A DNA stretch of 64,000 nt from Chrysomallon squamiferum. Lineage: Eukaryota; Animalia; Mollusca. A program made the translations under genes and the position numbers. The DNA is taken from the NCBI GenBank assembly GCA_012295275.1, contig CM022671.1, positions 27,466,001 through 27,530,000 on the forward strand, in the 5' to 3' direction. Of the stretch, positions 1-12,400 are shown piece after piece; the first letter of the stretch is position 1; every line of letters begins with the position of its first letter. The notes beneath the pieces were generated by a model. That model saw only the letters and a list, made by a program, of their open reading frames with translations. It made no database searches and was not told where the DNA came from.

Positions 1-119
1 TTTACATCTACCTAAACAGACCTATTCTTTCAGATACATTTTAAAGATCGAAGAAAACTATATAGCAATTAATCATCCATAAAAACCTTAGCAGTCGCCT
101 GCTAAACATAATTTGTTAG

Positions 120-1195
120 CAGAGCCGGATTAAGCAACTGCGGGGCCCGTAGCAAAACATAACATAGGCCCCTACTACTGGCTAGTTGCAAAAGTAAACG
201 CCCACCCCCCTCAACCCACGTCCACTATTATCATACCTTTACATACAACATAAACACGACTTAATGTTTGAACAGATGCATTGTCAAGACAAAAAGAATC
301 TTGCTAACAGTATTAAAAACCAGTGCACATGCCATTAAACTATAATATATGGTTTGTATGCCCCGAATACGTGGGTCAAAGTTTAGGCCAGTAGACAAGG
401 GTGATTCAGACTCAGATTAAGTTTTATATCGCGCCTTCGCGATTTTGTATGAGCAGAATCTTTAATAATGGAAGTAGTGTCAACCGTTCTCAAAACTCGC
501 ATTCAGTGCTCATCAACGTCAGCATATTTAAACGTTTTTCTTCCATCGTCGTTCTTTGTGCATTTCTTATGCGGCGCAGTTTGGAAAACGAATGCTCCTT
601 CGTGCAGTCTGTAAACAACATACACAAATAAATGCCTAGCATTATTTCAATATTAGGAAAACATTATTGCATGTTGTGATCTCTAAAAGAGACGGTAATT
701 GAGCAGCTCCAATGCCTCGCCGCTTGTCATCGCCGTGTTGTCCTGATCAATATCTGCATTATCTGACTGAGAAGCACTCGGATCAGTTATCATAGCCCGC
801 TTGCCAAACTCCGTGTTGAGAAGTGCCACGAACTGTAGAAGTTCGTTTGCCAGACTGGCCTCCAAATCATTTGGATACTTGTTAATCAGAGCCATCGCCA
901 ATTTTGACTGCTGCTCCTTGGACTTGGACCCTAAATTTCGCAAGAAGCCAAACTTGTTACTGATTTCCTCATACGCTTGAAAACGTTTCTTCAGTGTATT
1001 TGCGATAAAGCAACAAGTGACAAAACTGTTCAAAAAAGATACCTCTACACAAAACAAATACCATAGTTGTGATACCCAGCATTTTGTTTAAAAAAGAATA
1101 AAAAAAAAAAAAAAAAAAATAGTGATCCGCCGGGTTCCTGAAAGCACGGGGCTCGTAGCATTTGCTACATCTCCTACGTTGTTAATCCGGCACTG
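120..1195 (-). mobile_element. Internally deleted, non-autonomous hAT-superfamily DNA transposon
   Basis: Terminal inverted repeats are CAGAGCCGGATTAA (120-133) and TTAATCCGGCACTG (1182-1195), 13/14 identical as reverse complements. The subterminal motif CGGGGCYCGTAGCA occurs at 141-154 and 1147-1160. A transposase remnant lies inside. No clean 8-bp TSD (TTTGTTAG vs CTTGTATT). Confidence 0.85.
425..1057 (-). pseudogene. Degraded C-terminal part of a hAT (ZMYM1-like) transposase including the hAT dimerisation domain
   Basis: ORF 683-1057 reads ..KKRFQAYEEISNKFGFL..KYPNDLEASLANELLQF.. It continues after a disruption as FPNIEIMLGIYLCMLFTDCTKEHSFSKLRRIRNAQRTTMEEKRLNMLTLMSTE, then after a frameshift LRTVDTTSIIKDSAHTKSRR. 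This matches the hAT dimerisation pattern FPN..I.L.I.L......ERSFSKL.RIKN..R.TM...RL..L.L.SIE. Confidence 0.85.
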
Positions 1196-1351
1196 CTTGT
1201 ATTCATTCTTCCACATAAATCGAATTTTAAATTAAGCTAACTACATGCACACTAGCTGTATAAAAATAAATAAACTGTCGTAGATGAGAAATTTCGGGCT
1301 AACGACACCTTTCAGTGCGTGTATAATAAACGTACCAACCATAAACGAAGG

Positions 1352-1553
1352 GCCGCAACTCTAAAGGCATTAATCGTTTGAATAAAATGACATCGACGAT
1401 TGCGAAATTTAATTATCATTAAACTCTGACGTAAGACATCAGAAATCTCAGATATGCATTTTTTTTTTTTTTTTTTTTTTTTTTGTGAATGGATTACGTA
1501 TTGATATCCTCCATCTATAAATTCCTTTCACAAATTGCGTTTAGAGTTGCGGC
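1352..1553. mobile_element. MITE-like ~200-bp element with 18-bp terminal inverted repeats
   Basis: GCCGCAACTCTAAAGGCA (1352-1369) and TGCGTTTAGAGTTGCGGC (1536-1553) are 17/18 complementary. The interior is non-coding; TSD unclear. Confidence 0.5.
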
Positions 1554-1659
1554 TTTAGTGGAGGATCAATAAAACTTTCCAAACCGCTTTGAACAAAATG
1601 TTTCCATTACTACTACCACTACTACTACTATTACTGATATTAATACTGTTTTAATTTAA

Positions 1660-1692
<33 letters not shown>

Positions 1693-1872
1693 ATAACAAT
1701 AATAATAATAATAAATAAATAAATAAATAAATATAAATAAATAAAAATAAAAGTAAAATGACTGTATTTCAAGTGTACCGGTGGAAATATGAAAAAATAG
1801 CCTAATATACTCAACGTTCTCTTTGTTATGTTTTTTCTTTTCTTCATTATGGAAAAAAAATCAGACGGTTAA

Positions 1873-1944
<72 letters not shown>

Positions 1945-2560
1945 ACAAACAAAAACAAAACAAACTAACAAAGCAGCACTCATAATTAACACACAAACAC
2001 ACTACTAATTAATCAAATAATAATTTAAAAAATAATAAAAAATTCAGTAAGCTACTCACAGTGAAAACTTATTAAACAAGTAAATTTATCCATCCATTTT
2101 AAAGAATCCATCTGAATCTAAGATAAACTTTAGATATAAAAATATGTTTCAAGTTCTAGAACAGAAGAATTATGTTAGTTTTTACACTTTTGTGAATATG
2201 ATCAATTGATATTAACAAGGGAAGTAATTAGCACTTTATATCGTCTGCAACTGACAGTTTACAAAGCAAGGTAAATATGGTAGTTTCTACAATTCTGTAA
2301 CTGATATAACTGTCGAATTTTGTTTGACTTAGATTTATATGCCAAATTTACTGACAAGACGCTAATAAAAGAAAAATTACTTGGCTGCTACTATCCAAAT
2401 TTGGTTTAAGTATCTTACCGGTTGTTAAAATCTACGTCATTTATTTATTTTTATTTTGTTACCAGAATGACGTCACATCAGAATTAATTTAGTTGCCATT
2501 ATCCATGTTCATCTAAAACAACGTCAAATGTTTTATAAACACATGTTTGGGGTCAAACTA

Positions 2561-2607
<47 letters not shown>

Positions 2608-3130
2608 TAATAATAATAATACATTTTCTCTTAGACTGTAAATAAAATAATTATTAAAAAAAAAAAAAAAAAAAAAAAATGAAACTGAAAACACTTTAGG
2701 CATTTCGATATCATACTGACCATGCTTTAATTGTTTCAGCTTTAATTTCAAATGATATCAAAATTGTCCAAGTTTTATTTATCGATTAATTGATTGACAG
2801 TTATTATTATTCATTGTTTTATATATTTCTTTACTTCTTTCTTCTTTGAACCTTCTACGTTTATCCACTTTCTTTCTTACCTTTTTACTTTATTTATTTA
2901 TTTATTTAAGATAAGATTAATGATAAAATATTGTTGAGTAAATATCCCAGTATTTAAGCGATCGTATGCGCATCGTCATAATCTTCATCAAGTGTTTCTG
3001 AAATAAATAGTCAACAACATAATCATTTCCTTTGACGTTATCTTCATAATATGAGTGAAATTAAGTGGCAACGAGATATATTGTAAGATTACGAACAAAA
3101 TATTTTGAGGAGCAAGTTAAATTATTTCAG

Positions 3131-3223
<93 letters not shown>

Positions 3224-3421
3224 AGACTATTACTCAGTTTTACATTCATAATTTCTTAACGAAAGTCAGAATAAATAAGATATAAATATATAAATATATT
3301 ATAAAAATAAATAAACATCCAGGAACTAATGGACATCCGTAGAGAAAGAGTGAAAGAAAACAAAATCACCTCTTATTATTACTCGTCTAACTTTGATAAT
3401 AAAAAAAATATATGTAGGCCA

Positions 3422-3456
3422 TCACATGACCTCGACCTATGTTAAGCTGACTCAGC
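3422..3456 (+). promoter_or_regulatory. Candidate PIPOX proximal promoter motif cluster (M-box-like, nuclear-receptor half-sites, AP-1/ARE/MARE-like)
   Basis: TCACATGA (3422-3429), TGACCTCGACCT (3427-3438) and GCTGACTCAGCA (3446-3457) lie 60-100 bp upstream of the ATG. Motif match only. Confidence 0.35.
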
Positions 3457-3517
3457 AGACGACATTGATTAAACAGGCTGAACGAACAGAGGAAAACGTA
3501 ATTCCTGAACTTTTAAA

Positions 3518-6116
3518 ATGGCACACAGAATTTTCGATGTTATTGTTGTCGGTGCAGGCATAGAAGGTTCGGCAACAGCACACTATTTGGCTCAAAAGGG
3601 TGCTAAAACACTGTTGTTAGAACAGGTATGTACTGGTTTGTTTATCAATGTAATGCTAAAATACAATGACACGCATATACATATACAAACATTCACACAA
3701 ACACACCCACATACAAATATGCACAAACGTAGACATTTACGTGCACATACACGGATAGAGCTGGATGTAGATCATAGTTTATTGTATCGGTTACAGACCT
3801 TGCAGGTTGCATAGTAATTTAAGCTTTCTGATGTTCACCGGCCAGTTTCTGCTAAACTTCTTCATAAAAATGGATATGATATTTTAGAGAAGGTCGCATA
3901 TAATATATACCATATAATATGTGATTTATGGATACACACACACAAACACACACTCTCTCTTTCGCTTTCTCTGCATTTGTCATACTTTCATTGTTCTTTA
4001 TCTTCCTTTACACCTATCTGAGTCATTTCTCGTTCCAGACAGTCCTTCGCAATCGATAATATCTAAAACTATGTTCCATCTTTCGTGTTTATTGCTAAAA
4101 AAAAAACATGCACATAACAAAATCATGAGGAACTAATATTCTTTCATTTATTGCTTTGGTTTAGTTTCCACTTCCACACAGTCGAAGTAGTTCACATGGC
4201 CAGTCTCGAATCACACGAAAAGCTTACCCAGAAATCTTTTACACAAAAATGATGGTGGAAGCCAGTGATCTATGGCTTGAATTGCAAAACAACTTCGGAT
4301 CCGAGATAATCAAGTAATCTATTTTATTGTTAGTAAGTATATAACAGAACAGAACAGAAAATATGAAATGAAATGAAAATTAAAAATAAATAAATAAATG
4401 TTCGTTTTCTTACTTCCAATTTTCGGCCATTTTAATAATTACTCTTTTTAAATTCAGTCTTCCTTTCAAATATTTTCGAATTATTTTCAGTCACTGTAAT
4501 CTTTTTATAAAAACGTTTTACTTTCATTCATACGTGATTCAGACAGACGGGTTTTCTTTCGCTCGGAGAAAATGATAGTGAACTTTTAAAAAATGTAATA
4601 GAGAATCTGCGCCAGATGAATGTACCTTATCAGAAGCTCACACCTTCAGAATTCAGATCAAAATTTCCAATGCTGAAGTATACAGATACATATACCGGAC
4701 TGATTGACTTCGATGGTGGAATTCTGAGAGCTGATAAAGCTTTGCAAGCATTTCAGGTAATATTATGCTAAGATAATCTAGTACATACCATACACACATA
4801 CCCATTGAAATATAACTGAATAATACCTAATTCAATCTTCAGGTAATATTACGTTAAGAGAAACTTTTATATAGTATATACACTTACACCCACTGAAATA
4901 CAATTGAATAATACCTTATTAAATCGTCAGGTGATATTACATTAAGATAAACTTGTATATAGTATACACACTTATCCCCGTTGAAATATACTTGAATAAT
5001 ACCTTAATAATACTTAATTTAGTAATATCTTAATAATATATAGTTGTACAAAACGAAAGATATTAATAATGTATGGTATTGGAAGACATATAAAAGCATT
5101 GTTTTTCCACTTCCATATTTGTTCTGTTTCATCCTACTTCTTTTGCTTTTCTTTTTTTCTTCCTGATAATCATCTGCAGTCTCAGTTCACCAAAAATGGC
5201 GGTGTAATAATGGATGGCTATAAAGTGACCAGTATTAAACCTGGACCAATAGTCTCCGTAGAAACCACCACTGCCAGATTCAGAGGAAGAAATGTCGTAA
5301 TCACTGCTGGCCCGTGGGCTAATTCCATTTTAAAGCCACTTGGACTCAATCTTCCTTTAAAGGTAATCATGGACTGGTTAGCTGTGAAATCTTTCTAATA
5401 ACCTTAACTTCTACTCTTGCTTCAAGTAGATTGCTATCGCTTCAAAATCAAATAATAAGTACGTAAGCATGAAGTTTTCCATAGTATTTAAAAACAAGAT
5501 TATATTGATTATGAAGATATTACTGCCTCTACTGCTATTATTAATATAATTGTTATTACTACCACTATCAGTTTCATACTACTATAAGTAACAGTACAAC
5601 AACAACACAATTACTACTACTACTACTACTACTACAAGTATAAAACTCTTTTTCAGACAGTCAAAATACGTGTCTGCTACTGGAAGGAACGTGAATGTGG
5701 ATCGCACTCATCAAGTAAATTTTTTGCATTTTGCGATGAAAATAGATGCGGTGCATTCAGTGTCTATGGTGTCCCAAGTGACGAATACCCCGGTCACGTG
5801 AAGGTTTTCGATAATTCAGATATAAAAAATAGAAATATATCCCTTTTCAGCTTCGTGCGGCTTTTCCCTTTATAGTTTAAAAAACTTTTCATATTATTAA
5901 TTTCTAAATTTTATAGCATTTTTAAACTAAAATAATTTTTAAGAAGAATAGAAAGATTAACTCTGTATTATAATTTATATTCTTTTTCCTGAAATTAATT
6001 ATTGTTTATACTCGTAGAAACGGAGGAAGATATATTTTATTTTTGATAATGAGTATTAAATGTGTTACAGTTACATTTGAAAGAACGTATATATTTAATT
6101 CGTATTACATAGGTTT

Positions 6117-6154
<38 letters not shown>

Positions 6155-6667
6155 AGATATGCCTACATGGCGGTCCTGAAATCGATCCCGACCACAGGGA
6201 CAGCGTTGATGATTCGTGGGCGTTGGATATGATTACCAAATACGTCAAAGACCACTTCCGCGGCGTCGAGACGTCATCACCCAGCATTGTGGAATCTTGT
6301 ATATACACGGTACATCTTTGAATCGTTTTAACGCTTCTTGTACGAGGTTGTGTCCACCAAAGAGTAAGTAATACTAGATAAATTTACAACAGGATCAAAC
6401 AAAAAGACACGCATTTACAAAGCTTAATATCACGTCAAAGATCAAAAGTGATAACTAAAAATTATCTTTATTATTATTATTATTATTTCTTCTTCTTCTT
6501 TTCAGAATACTCCAGATAAAAACCCTATTCTTGATAAACATCCAAGATGGAAGAATATAATTATTGGTGCTGGCTTTTCTGGTGAGATTTCTTTTTTAGT
6601 TATATCTCTTATTTTTACATAATCAAAAAATCGAAATAATTTGTGAAATATAAATTTAAAAAAGTGA

Positions 6668-6698
<31 letters not shown>

Positions 6699-7025
6699 GA
6701 ACGATTTTGTTGGAATAATGCATATTTTAAAAAAAATTATATAGTTTTCTTCATCTTCTTCATCATCATCATCATCATTATTATTAGTTACCAATTTTCA
6801 TTTATATATACAAGATAATGACTTCATAAGCCTTAATTTATTAAATGATGATAAATATTTTCAGTGATATAATTGTAATTAACCACGTATTTTATTTCAG
6901 GTCATGGATTCAAAATGGCCCCGATTGTGGGGAAGATTTTGGGACAAATGGCTCTTAATGAAATTCCATCACATGATATGAGGCCTTTTCGGATTGACAG
7001 ATTCAGAATTCTGTCTCAGCTGTAA
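3518..7025 (+). CDS. PIPOX: Peroxisomal sarcosine oxidase / L-pipecolate oxidase (MSOX/MTOX family flavoenzyme), 8 coding exons, 384 aa
   Basis: Exons 3518-3625, 4165-4313, 4543-4756, 5180-5362, 5657-5803, 6157-6309, 6506-6581, 6901-7025; all introns GT-AG and phases consistent. Motifs: [11 protein letters not shown] (GxGxxG FAD), [48 protein letters not shown] (Cys at the covalent-FAD position), GAGFSGHGFK, and C-terminal SQL (PTS1-type). Confidence 0.95.
4752..5005 (+). repeat. Three ~87-bp tandem units each beginning with the PIPOX exon-3 donor junction (TCAG|GT)
   Basis: TCAGGTAATATTA / TCAGGTAATATTA / TCAGGTGATATTA with GT at 4757, 4843 and 4931. Each is followed by ..TGAAATA...TGAATAATACCT. 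Confidence 0.85.
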
Positions 7026-7148
7026 CCAATAAACATGAAACGAAAATGAAAATTTAGAAAGAGACGAATATTAGTACTAGTGCAATTACTACTGCTACTG
7101 CTACTGCTACTACTAATACTACTACTAATGATGATGATGATGATGATT

Positions 7149-7228
7149 TGGATTGACAGATTCAAAGTTTTGTCTTATCTGTAACCAATAAAGTTCAATG
7201 GAAAATGAAGAGAAAGAGACGAATAATA
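7149..7228 (+). repeat. Diverged duplicate of the PIPOX last codons, stop codon and AATAAA
   Basis: GGATTGACAGATTCAAAGTTTTGTCTTATCTGTAACCAATAAA..GAAAGAGACGAATA versus the original at ~6991-7070, GGATTGACAGATTCAGAATTCTGTCTCAGCTGTAACCAATAAA..GAAAGAGACGAATA. Confidence 0.85.
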
Positions 7229-7824
7229 ATAATAATAATGATGATGATGATGATGATAAAAAAGCGTAATAACAGCAAAAGCAACAACAACAACTGTAAA
7301 AAGAAAGACAAAATGAAAAGAAAAGATGATATGATTCGTAATTTAAAATCGATATACATGCGAAAAGTTAAAACATTAAATTAAAGAGCATTAGTTTCTA
7401 TTTTAAAAACTGATAAAACTAAATTATGAAAAAGAATTGAAATTAGAAATGGAATCACAAGGAAATGATTATATATATTACTATTATTACTTTTACCTTT
7501 TTATATAATCAGATTATATTATATTTTGTGAAAATAAATGTTTCTGCTTCAGTTTAAATTTGACTGCCAGAATGAAACCAAATTTTTTGGACATTACATG
7601 CTTCATTTGAAATAAATAACTGAAATGTGTTTATTGTACTTTTTAATTGTCATTTATTTACAATACTATGTCTAATAGGAAACTTTGATGCTTTTGAATG
7701 AACTGGCAATATTCGTATGAATTTATTACATTTAGAAACTATCTTTCACTTCTTTGGTTAATCAGTGAAAATTTAGATTATTTATTAATTATAAAGTTCG
7801 TAAAATAACTGTACAATTTTATAA

Positions 7825-7858
<34 letters not shown>

Positions 7859-8764
7859 TAATTAATTTTATTATATAATTCAGTGTTTTCAGATTATTAA
7901 CTCTTCATCTAACTAGCTGATAGAACAAAAACAATTTCGCCAAATGTTTCTGGAATTGCGATTACTTCAAATTTGTAAATATGTACTCATAAGGTTATTA
8001 TTTGTAACAACACCAACAATAACCAATTAATAACAATAATAATAAGAAGAAGAAGAAAAAAAGAAGAAGAAGAAGAAGAAGAAATTTTTAAATATTTTAG
8101 GATTTTGGATTTCAGAAATATATGGGTAGGCCTATTAGACCTATATTTGCTTATAATTATTTCTCTTTTGTTGTTATTCTTTTGAAATAGATAACTATAT
8201 AAAATTATCTTCTACGAAAACAGTATGTTGGTGGAAGAAATGTGCTGTAACTCAATGACTGATTGAGCAAAAGAACTGATCTAAAATACGATAACACGCT
8301 AATTCAGTCCTCAATGCATCGGTTGAGTTTTTTCAGGTTGAAATCATTCTTTGAGCAAATAAAATATTCACTTCACAGAAAACGTATGACTAACAATTTT
8401 TAAAAAAATGTTTAATGTTTACACCTCGACATATTTGTATGTTCCGCTTTTGTGGTAACGGTGCACCACACTGTCTCAGAAATACCTAAGTTACAAAAAT
8501 AATTATAGTTTCGATTTTCTTAGTTCTTTAAAATATCGACTGATTTTCATTCACTATCTTTGACTATGTATCGAAACAATAGTAAATGACAAGAAAGAAT
8601 CGGTTGGATGCAGCCTTCACCTTTGATAACTTATGACCTCGCGCGTGTTCTAGTTATTTCAATAAAGTAATCGAGATCGTTGAGTGTTTATAGTGAGCAA
8701 GAGCATGAAGGATCAAATCATTTTGACAAATGCAACAATATCACCGGCAAGGTAGCTGTACAAA

Positions 8765-9410
8765 ATGCGTCTGTTGAAGCCTGCCTGGGTCACATATGAA
8801 GGTAAACCAGTAAAATGTGTGGATAAAGATCTTAAAGTTAATGCTATTTCAGTATTTGAGATTTCTCATTTTCTGTGATTTCGAAACAGAAAACAAAAGA
8901 ACTATTTGACATGCTATTGATTGAAAAAAATCAAAAAAATCAAAATAATAAAAACAACAACTAAATGCAGTATTTGAGACTAAACATTTAATACCGTCAC
9001 TGTTTAATAATGCAAATGTGTCATAAATTATTGTAATTATTTATCAGTCCAAATAGCAATGTCAGAGTATACTACTATTATAACTATTTCTAGTGACTGT
9101 GTAAGTATATTCATGATCTTATCCTGTATTTTGATAATTAAAGTTTTAATATTTCATTTTTGGTTAGAATAAATTTCCAATTCTAGAAATTTATGAAATG
9201 CACATTTTACTGAGATCTTTTTCTCAGAATCATTCTGAATTATATTTTCGACATTCCAGATTTCATTGTTATTATTAATTTAGTATCATTATTGTTTTTC
9301 TCTTGTTTTTAGGAAAGCCAATTTTTTCCATTGACATTCATCCTGATGGATCTAGATGTGCAACTGGAGGGCAAGGTACTGTATCAGCTTGTTTTAAAAA
9401 ACAATAACTA

Positions 9411-9445
<35 letters not shown>

Positions 9446-12400
9446 GAATTTACTTTATCATTTGAAATGTTTCTGTACGTTTTTCCATTTTATAACATAA
9501 TGGGATGTAATGATATGTTTGCCTATGAAATCAAATGATAGCTATTAGCTAATAAAACAAATAAAGAAAATCAATCAGAATGTTTTTGATATATAATAAA
9601 GCATTTCTAATGGTTACTGGTTGATGTTTGAATAAATTATATGCAATATATCAAACATGTTTCACAAGCACTATTAGATTAGTAGCAAAAGAGTTAACCA
9701 ACAGTGGAGAAAGGCTGAACGTGTGAAATTGTTTCATACAGAAAAATAGTCTTACATTTGTTTGAGGAATTCCATGTATCCATGTGTTTGTATGTATATA
9801 AATAAATAAAGACTATAAAGATTCGTTTTACTAAAGATAAAACATACGTCATTATATGTTTCACAGCATAATAAATATGCTGATATTTCAATGGCCCTCA
9901 AAACAGATGTCTCTGCATGACAGAAAATAGATCATAACAGTAATTTGACCAATCAGTATCTTGTCAGATTTAGTTATCTTCAGATGATATAAAGGTTCTG
10001 TATAAGATACAGGAAAGGAATTGTAAACAAAATAATACTTTTTTGGCACTAGTAACACATTTGATTCCTTGCGCTTTTTGAAAGAGTTGATGTGGTAAAT
10101 TGTTAAAATATGTATGAGGAAGTGTTTCAGGTATCTTTTATGTTATTAATAAGATTTTTGTTAAAATATGATGTCTCAGTCTTATAATTACTGACCTTAT
10201 GGATTGATGAGCTGTTGCTCTTACAGAATAATTTAAAAAACTTAACATTTCTTAGTAAACAATAAACAACTCATTTCATTTCAGGTTGATTTTTTTTTTG
10301 TTTTTTAAAATAATTATTCAAGAGTAATACTGTTGATATAAAAAAAAAGAAAAAATAGCAGATTTATTTTATGATCCCAAAGATGGTTAATTCAGGTCCA
10401 GAACCGTATAATATTTGATTAAATTAGAAAAATTAAAATATTTAGGTGATGACTGTGGGAAGGTTGTTATCTGGAATATGTCGCCAGTGCGAGAAGAAGT
10501 TGATGAGAAGGATGAAGCTGTTCCTAAAGTACTGTGTCAGATGGACAACCATCTTGGTAATTATTTGCTGACATCTACTTACTTCATTAGTTCTTAATTT
10601 TAATGGTAAATACTGAAATGGATAATAGTGAAACCAGCATAACAAAGTCTTTAGTGATATGACTTGAAATAATTTATGATGAAAATCACCATTACAGATA
10701 ACATGGTTAATTAATTGTGTTTTAAATGATTTAATAATTAATTTCATGGTGAATATTTTAATGGTCTATAAAAATAAAATAAAATAATAGTAATAATAAT
10801 AAAGTAAATAAATAATAATAATAGTAATAAGAATTAATAAAAAAAAAAATGTGAATGTTAACATGAATAATAGCAACACCAGCATAAAGTACTCCTTAAT
10901 GATATGATTGGAGGAATCCCTAACTCGAAATTTTTATGATGAAAATCACCATTAAAAATGACAGTTAATTAACTCTTTTATAAAAGATTGACATCAAAAC
11001 AAATATTAATTAAATACTCCAAAAAAAAGAGAAAAAGAGTGAGATATATGTATGTATGTGTATTGTATTTTGTGGTATGGATTTTTTAAATTTTAAATTT
11101 CAAGTGTTATATCAAGTCATTAATTATTAGCTTGTCATATTTATTATTGTTTTTATGCAGCATGTGTGAACTGTGTGCGTTGGTCTCACAGTGGAAGTTC
11201 TCTGGCAAGTGGTAGTGATGACAAGCTTATTATTATCTGGCAAACAAGCAGGTAAATTATTTATAAAGAGTTGTAGAATGTAATATTTATATTATCTGGC
11301 AAACAAGCAGGTAATTTATTTATAACACGGTTTTAGAATGTAATACTTATATTATCTTACAAACAAGCAGGTAATTTATTTATAACACAGTGTTGTAGAC
11401 TGTAATACTTATAGTATTATTCATAATTTTTGTGTCTATAATTTCATTTGTTTAGTATGTATAATGTCCTTGATGTAATGTTAATAATAAATGGTTAATT
11501 TTTAAATTAAGTTATTGTTATTTCAAATATTTTTCATAAAAATAAACACTTTTTTTTTTACTGTTGTTTTTTATGTTTATAAAAGTACAACCAGTTTGTC
11601 TGTATCATTTTGATTATTGTTGCTAAAACGGTATTTAAATTAATTAAACCAGTTGTAATATATAATATATCAGTTGTACATGTATTTCAATAAAAGTGAA
11701 TAAATAACAAGAAGGTAATTAACTTTGCCACACTATCTATTAATAAATGATATCTGAGTATATAACATTGGTTTCAGGCTCTCTTATGCTACTGCAGTGT
11801 TTGGATCAAGAAATGTGAATATAGAACAATGGAGACCAGTAGCAACTCTTCGAGGTCACACTGGAGGTATGTTCTTAATTAGACAAGAATAATAATTGAT
11901 TCAGAATGTTTTCATTTTATATATAATATATATATTTAATCATTTTAAATTGTTACAGAAAACTAATTGTTATTTCAGAATTTTAAATAAAAGCTTTAAA
12001 TATTTTAAACATGTTATCAACTATGTTTTTCTGATATGATAAAATGTGAGTTTCATTCTTTTTTAATCTGTAAATGTGCGGTAATACTAAGAGCGTAATA
12101 ATCTTTTGAAATGTTAATGTTATTTATATAAGCACACAGTTGCTGGTGTTATTTCATCTATTTTTTAAAATCTTCTTTCACTTATAAAATTATTAATTTA
12201 AGAAAAATTAATAAATACACAGTTGAGCTTATCTACTTCTTTGAAAAGGTATCATAAGCATTTTGATTCACGTGTATTTCAGATGTCTTGGATCTCGCTT
12301 GGGCTCCCAGAGATATGTGGCTGGCATCATGCAGTGTTGATAACACAATAGTTATCTGGAATACAAACAAATTCCATGGTACTCAAATATTACACACAGT

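Noticed and set aside
401-631. 76-aa plus-strand ORF
   Set aside because: It is the antisense shadow of the hAT transposase remnant.
8801-8810. HIRA intron 1 begins G|GTAAACCA (reads GKP), the same peptide as the start of exon 2
   Set aside because: The match is only 9 nt with two mismatches and is partly forced by the donor consensus. The intron position appears ancient, so this is probably coincidence.
10674-10960. C/D snoRNAs suggested by repeated ATGATGA in HIRA intron 3
   Set aside because: There is no suitably placed CTGA D-box or terminal stem; a local duplication explains the repeat.
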